From positions 53,073 to 73,072 of IMG/VR virus record IMGVR_UViG_3300008259_004750: 20,000 nucleotides of DNA; one strand, 5' to 3'. Source of the stretch: an uncultured virus (IMG/VR IMGVR_UViG_3300008259_004750). Its lineage: Duplodnaviria; Heunggongvirae; Uroviricota; Caudoviricetes. Positions within the stretch are counted from its first letter, which is position 1; each line of letters begins with the position of its first letter. Below are positions 16,471 to 20,000 of the stretch, piece after piece. The notes beneath the pieces are model-generated. The model was not told where the DNA came from. It worked only from the letters and a program-made list of their open reading frames with translations, and did no database searches. The position numbers and the translations under genes were made by a program.

Positions 16471-18324
16471 TTATCTCAATTCTCTTAAGTCGAATGAACG
16501 AACACCATCAACTGTGATACGTCCGTAGAAACGGTTATTAACCATTTTCTTAGCGTAACGTGTCATGATACCCTTGATAGGTGTAAAGTTGAATGGATTG
16601 TACATAGTTGGAGTTAATTGAAGTGGTACATACGGTGCGTAAATGTAACCAGTATCAAGTAACGATGTACCTTTGTGACCAATCAATACTTGGTTTGGTG
16701 GGAAGTATGGGTCACGATATACTTGGTAACGACCAGCAAGTGTACCCACTCTTTCAATACCCATGTTGTATTGGTCTTGCTCAGGTGATGCGTTAGAAAC
16801 GTGGAAGTATTCTAAGTCATCAAAGATTGCAGAAACCTCAGATGATACAACAATCCAGTTAGCTCCACCACGAAGTGTTGACTTGTGGATTTGAGCTGAT
16901 AATTGGTTAATTGCCGTAATCAAAGTTTGGTTCCAGTCTTTCTGAGTGTAAGAAGTTGTGTTAGCAAGTCTTCTCCATCCGTTGTAGTCCCAACGTAAAT
17001 TCCAAGCCGCACCTTTACGAAGGTCACGAAGGATTTCACGGTCAATTTCAGCCGCAACTTGTTCTGACAACAATGCTGTCAATTCAGCTTCAGCGTCAAT
17101 GTTGTGGAATGCCGCAACGTCTTGAGCAAGTTCTGGTGACCATTGTGCTCTCAACTTTCTTTCAGTTACAGAAACTGTTACTGACTCAAGGTCGAAAGAA
17201 ACTTCACCAATCTTGTCTTCAAATTCTAACTCTTCATAACGTCTCCAAGCCGCGTAGAACGAAGTAGTCGTAGCCGCAGATGTGATAGTTGCACCAGTGT
17301 AACCATCGATAGTGTCAGAACCACATGTAGGACATGCAGGACATGATAAGTCAACCTCAAGATAAATAAAACCTTGTGGTGAACAGATGTCATCATACTG
17401 ACCACCATTACCTTGTGTTGGCCATGATGCTGTTCTTTGATTGTAGTTTGGATTAATAATTGCTCTACCGTATTGTTGAGTAACTACTCTATACAATAGA
17501 GGTCCTGATGAAAGTGCGCAAGGGCTACTAGGTGCAGTAAGACCTGAACCTGAATAAATGATTAAGTTCGATAAGAAAGATTCTGTATCATATTCAGCAC
17601 CATCAGGAGCGGTAAGTTTACCAGCACCTGTATTAGAAAATCCTGAAAGACCGATAGTAATTTTTCTTGTGTTACCGGCATAAGAGGCTGAAGATGTTTG
17701 AGGTGCCAATGCGCCGTTTTGCCATGTCATAACAATACAGTTAGATGTAATTGCAGACCAACGACCTTTTGAATAGTCAAAAAGACCTGCTGGGTCAAGA
17801 CCTGGCTCAGAACCTTCATAGAATAAATCGTAAAGGTTTTTAGCGTATGTACCATTGTAAGAACCGTTAGATAACGTGTAACCTGAATTAGGGTCACCAG
17901 GATAATTACCAGGTGAACCTACAGGTGCGTAGTGTTGACCTGAATTAACGTCATAAGCTCCAGTTCCAGCACCAGTACCATCTTGGTAACCCTGAATCTT
18001 TGGTACAAAGTAGAACAATTTACCGATTGGTAGGTTCATAGCTTGTACTGAAACGATTTCATTAGCAAGTAATTTTGAGAATACTCTTCTAACGATAGGG
18101 AATACAACAGTTTCAAAAGAACCTGATGAACCGTCTGAAGTTGCTTCGTTTATCAAGAAGCTAGCTTGGTTTTCATAAAGCTGAGCTACGTTCTCTTTTA
18201 GGTGACCACGAAGGCCTTCAAGGAACCCTAATTTGTCCCATTTGTTAATAGTATCTTCCTTGATAACTTTAAGGTGCTTAAGACCAATGTTACCAACAAG
18301 ACCTGATTCTAATAATGCTCCCAT
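16471..18324 (-). CDS. gp23: Major capsid protein, T4 gp23 family
   Basis: PIVRRVF..LANEIVSVQAM, RKLRAQWSPELAQD, DAEAELTALLSEQVAAEIDREI, YAPYVPL and GIMTRY motifs. Confidence 0.97.
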   Translation of the reverse strand: MGALLESGLVGNIGLKHLKVIKEDTINKWDKLGFLEGLRGHLKENVAQLYENQASFLINEATSDGSSGSFETVVFPIVRRVFSKLLANEIVSVQAMNLPIGKLFYFVPKIQGYQDGTGAGTGAYDVNSGQHYAPVGSPGNYPGDPNSGYTLSNGSYNGTYAKNLYDLFYEGSEPGLDPAGLFDYSKGRWSAITSNCIVMTWQNGALAPQTSSASYAGNTRKITIGLSGFSNTGAGKLTAPDGAEYDTESFLSNLIIYSGSGLTAPSSPCALSSGPLLYRVVTQQYGRAIINPNYNQRTASWPTQGNGGQYDDICSPQGFIYLEVDLSCPACPTCGSDTIDGYTGATITSAATTTSFYAAWRRYEELEFEDKIGEVSFDLESVTVSVTERKLRAQWSPELAQDVAAFHNIDAEAELTALLSEQVAAEIDREILRDLRKGAAWNLRWDYNGWRRLANTTSYTQKDWNQTLITAINQLSAQIHKSTLRGGANWIVVSSEVSAIFDDLEYFHVSNASPEQDQYNMGIERVGTLAGRYQVYRDPYFPPNQVLIGHKGTSLLDTGYIYAPYVPLQLTPTMYNPFNFTPIKGIMTRYAKKMVNNRFYGRITVDGVRSFDLRELR

Positions 18325-18352
18325 TTTTTTGGTTTTTTATTTGTTTTTAAGT

Positions 18353-19954
18353 TTATTTTATTTTAGCCATCAAATCTTTCATTCTCAGGAATTGAGGATT
18401 TTCATAAGTTTTTGACTCAATTAAGTTAGCCGCAGAACCTGATGAAGGTGCTTTATCCATTTTTCTTTCAAAAGACTCATTCATTGGTTGTACGTTACTT
18501 CCTGATAACTCATCTTTGATGATTTTGTACAAATTCTTTGATTCTTTTAGAGTTTCAACACCATCAAATCTTCTCAAGATATTAATTTTTTCTTGTTTAG
18601 ATGTTGAATGTTCAGTAAATAATCTTGTAGCGTATGCCAAGTTTGAGTTGAACACAGCGACTTCATTTAATTTGTTTCTGAACACGTTAAGTGCTTTTCT
18701 GTACTCCTCATTCTTTTCTCTAAGAATTTGTAACTCACCACTATCCACACCTTCAAACGTCAAGTTTCTATTAGGAGTGATTCCTTTTCTTAAACCACGT
18801 CCTTCTTTAGAACCATTTCCGTATGTATGTGAGGCTTCTTTTGTTTCGGATTTCTTAACTTTTGGTTTAATTTTAAATTCACCATCTAAGTTTTCACCCG
18901 ATTTATCATAATCAAATTTTGGTTTGCCTGTCCCAACTGATTTAGGACCTTGTTTCATTTTAGTGTTAAATCCCTTTTCATTTACTTTGCCGTACTTGAA
19001 TTTAGGCGCACTTCCCATACCGACACCTTTAGCCTTGATTTTTTTCATAGCTTCTTCGATATAGTTGTCATCTTCATCCACTTCTTCGTCGGTCATTTCA
19101 ATTTCATATACTACATCGTCCATGTCTTCATCCTCTTCAACACCCATAGATGTTGTATCATCAGACATTTCAATTTCGTACATAACACTTTCGTCTTCTT
19201 CTTCGGAATCTCCAAAGTCGTGGTCTTCAGGGTAATCCATAAACACCTCTCCTTTGTCATATTTATCACCAAATTTATTACGAAGGTCAGAATCTAATTT
19301 ATCCCAAGGGTTTGAGCTTGGCTCATCTAACATTTCTTCATCCTCTTCATCATATTGCTCATCAAAAATATTTTGTATAATACTCTTAACATCAGAGCCT
19401 GATTTATCAGATTCAAAATCGTCTTCAGCCATCTCGCCAGACATATCACCTATTTCAGAATCACCGAATAAATCATCGTCTTCCATCATTCCATATCCTT
19501 CCATAGCGTCAATTTCTGCATCACCCATGAACTCATCATCACTTTCACCAACAATCATATATTCTTTGTTTGATTCATTGTCCTTCAAATTAATGTTTCC
19601 GTTGTCATCTTTTGTTACTACAATTTGGTCATCGGGTCCCATTAATTGAAACACTCTCAAAACTTCAGCATCTGATTTTTTAGTTAAGTCGATAGGTTCA
19701 TCGTCAGGATTATCTGTATCCATTTCCATACCTTCTTCGTCGTCCATTTCTGGTTCTTCCATTTCAGGTTCTTCCATGTCTACATCTGTTTCAACCTCAT
19801 CCTCTTCTTGTTCGGATAAAGATTCTTTTACCAATTCTTTGATTTCTTCCTTCATAGTAGAAGCAAGTATTCCTTTTGCATTTTCAGCAACCGCTTCTTC
19901 TAAATTTTTCATAGAAAGGATTGCCTCTTCAACTAAAGATTTTTCTTTTGCCAT
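18353..19954 (-). CDS. Prohead core/scaffolding protein
   Basis: Directly upstream of the MCP; highly acidic middle; C-terminal coiled coil (KLNEVAVFNSNLAYATRLF); ends RMKDLMAKIK. Confidence 0.8.
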   Translation of the reverse strand: MAKEKSLVEEAILSMKNLEEAVAENAKGILASTMKEEIKELVKESLSEQEEDEVETDVDMEEPEMEEPEMDDEEGMEMDTDNPDDEPIDLTKKSDAEVLRVFQLMGPDDQIVVTKDDNGNINLKDNESNKEYMIVGESDDEFMGDAEIDAMEGYGMMEDDDLFGDSEIGDMSGEMAEDDFESDKSGSDVKSIIQNIFDEQYDEEDEEMLDEPSSNPWDKLDSDLRNKFGDKYDKGEVFMDYPEDHDFGDSEEEDESVMYEIEMSDDTTSMGVEEDEDMDDVVYEIEMTDEEVDEDDNYIEEAMKKIKAKGVGMGSAPKFKYGKVNEKGFNTKMKQGPKSVGTGKPKFDYDKSGENLDGEFKIKPKVKKSETKEASHTYGNGSKEGRGLRKGITPNRNLTFEGVDSGELQILREKNEEYRKALNVFRNKLNEVAVFNSNLAYATRLFTEHSTSKQEKINILRRFDGVETLKESKNLYKIIKDELSGSNVQPMNESFERKMDKAPSSGSAANLIESKTYENPQFLRMKDLMAKIK

Positions 19955-19969
19955 TTATTAATTTTTTTA

Positions 19970-19979
19970 TATAAATATA
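19970..19979 (-). promoter_or_regulatory. Putative late promoter TATATTTATA
   Basis: 15 nt upstream of the scaffold start. Confidence 0.7.
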
Positions 19980-20000
19980 TCAGTAAATTAAAAAAATATT

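Noticed and set aside
13043..17408. Short ORFs nested in the protease, nuclease and MCP genes
   Set aside because: Shadow frames of conserved genes
18516..19961. Several + strand ORFs opposite the scaffold gene
   Set aside because: Antisense shadows of a biased acidic coding sequence, giving Ser/Phe-rich low-information translations
1..20000. Stop-codon reassignment as seen in some jumbo phages
   Set aside because: Genes are full-length and densely packed in code 11; TAG (1589) and TGA (4125, 5720, 8481) act as stops
1..20000. CRISPR array, tRNA, intron/intein or mobile element
   Set aside because: No spaced direct repeats, cloverleaf, interrupted gene, or transposase/homing-nuclease motif seen by eye

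Overview
AT-rich (roughly 30% GC), gene-dense segment of a large T4-like (jumbo/huge) myophage genome, read in the standard genetic code. The host is probably in Bacteroidota, based on TTTG-N20/21-TAnnTTTG promoters, signal peptides with Gln at +1, a T9SS-like tail and no Shine-Dalgarno sites. The left arm (+) encodes a GT2 glycosyltransferase, a gp55-like late sigma factor, baseplate and other virion genes including a gp5-like spike, an overlapping spanin-like pair and small proteins. The right arm (-) encodes the prohead scaffold and gp23-like major capsid protein, several probable head-packaged proteins with propeptides, and three host-envelope-targeted genes: an outer-membrane beta-barrel, a secreted non-specific nuclease and a subtilase with a putative T9SS tail. 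Main highlights: (1) that porin/nuclease/protease cassette; (2) a recurrent upstream motif TATTTATA that is the exact reverse complement of the T4 late promoter; (3) a candidate ~80-nt two-hairpin small RNA under a host-type promoter, abutting a possible RNase-fold gene. All family calls come from motif recognition by eye; no database searches were run.
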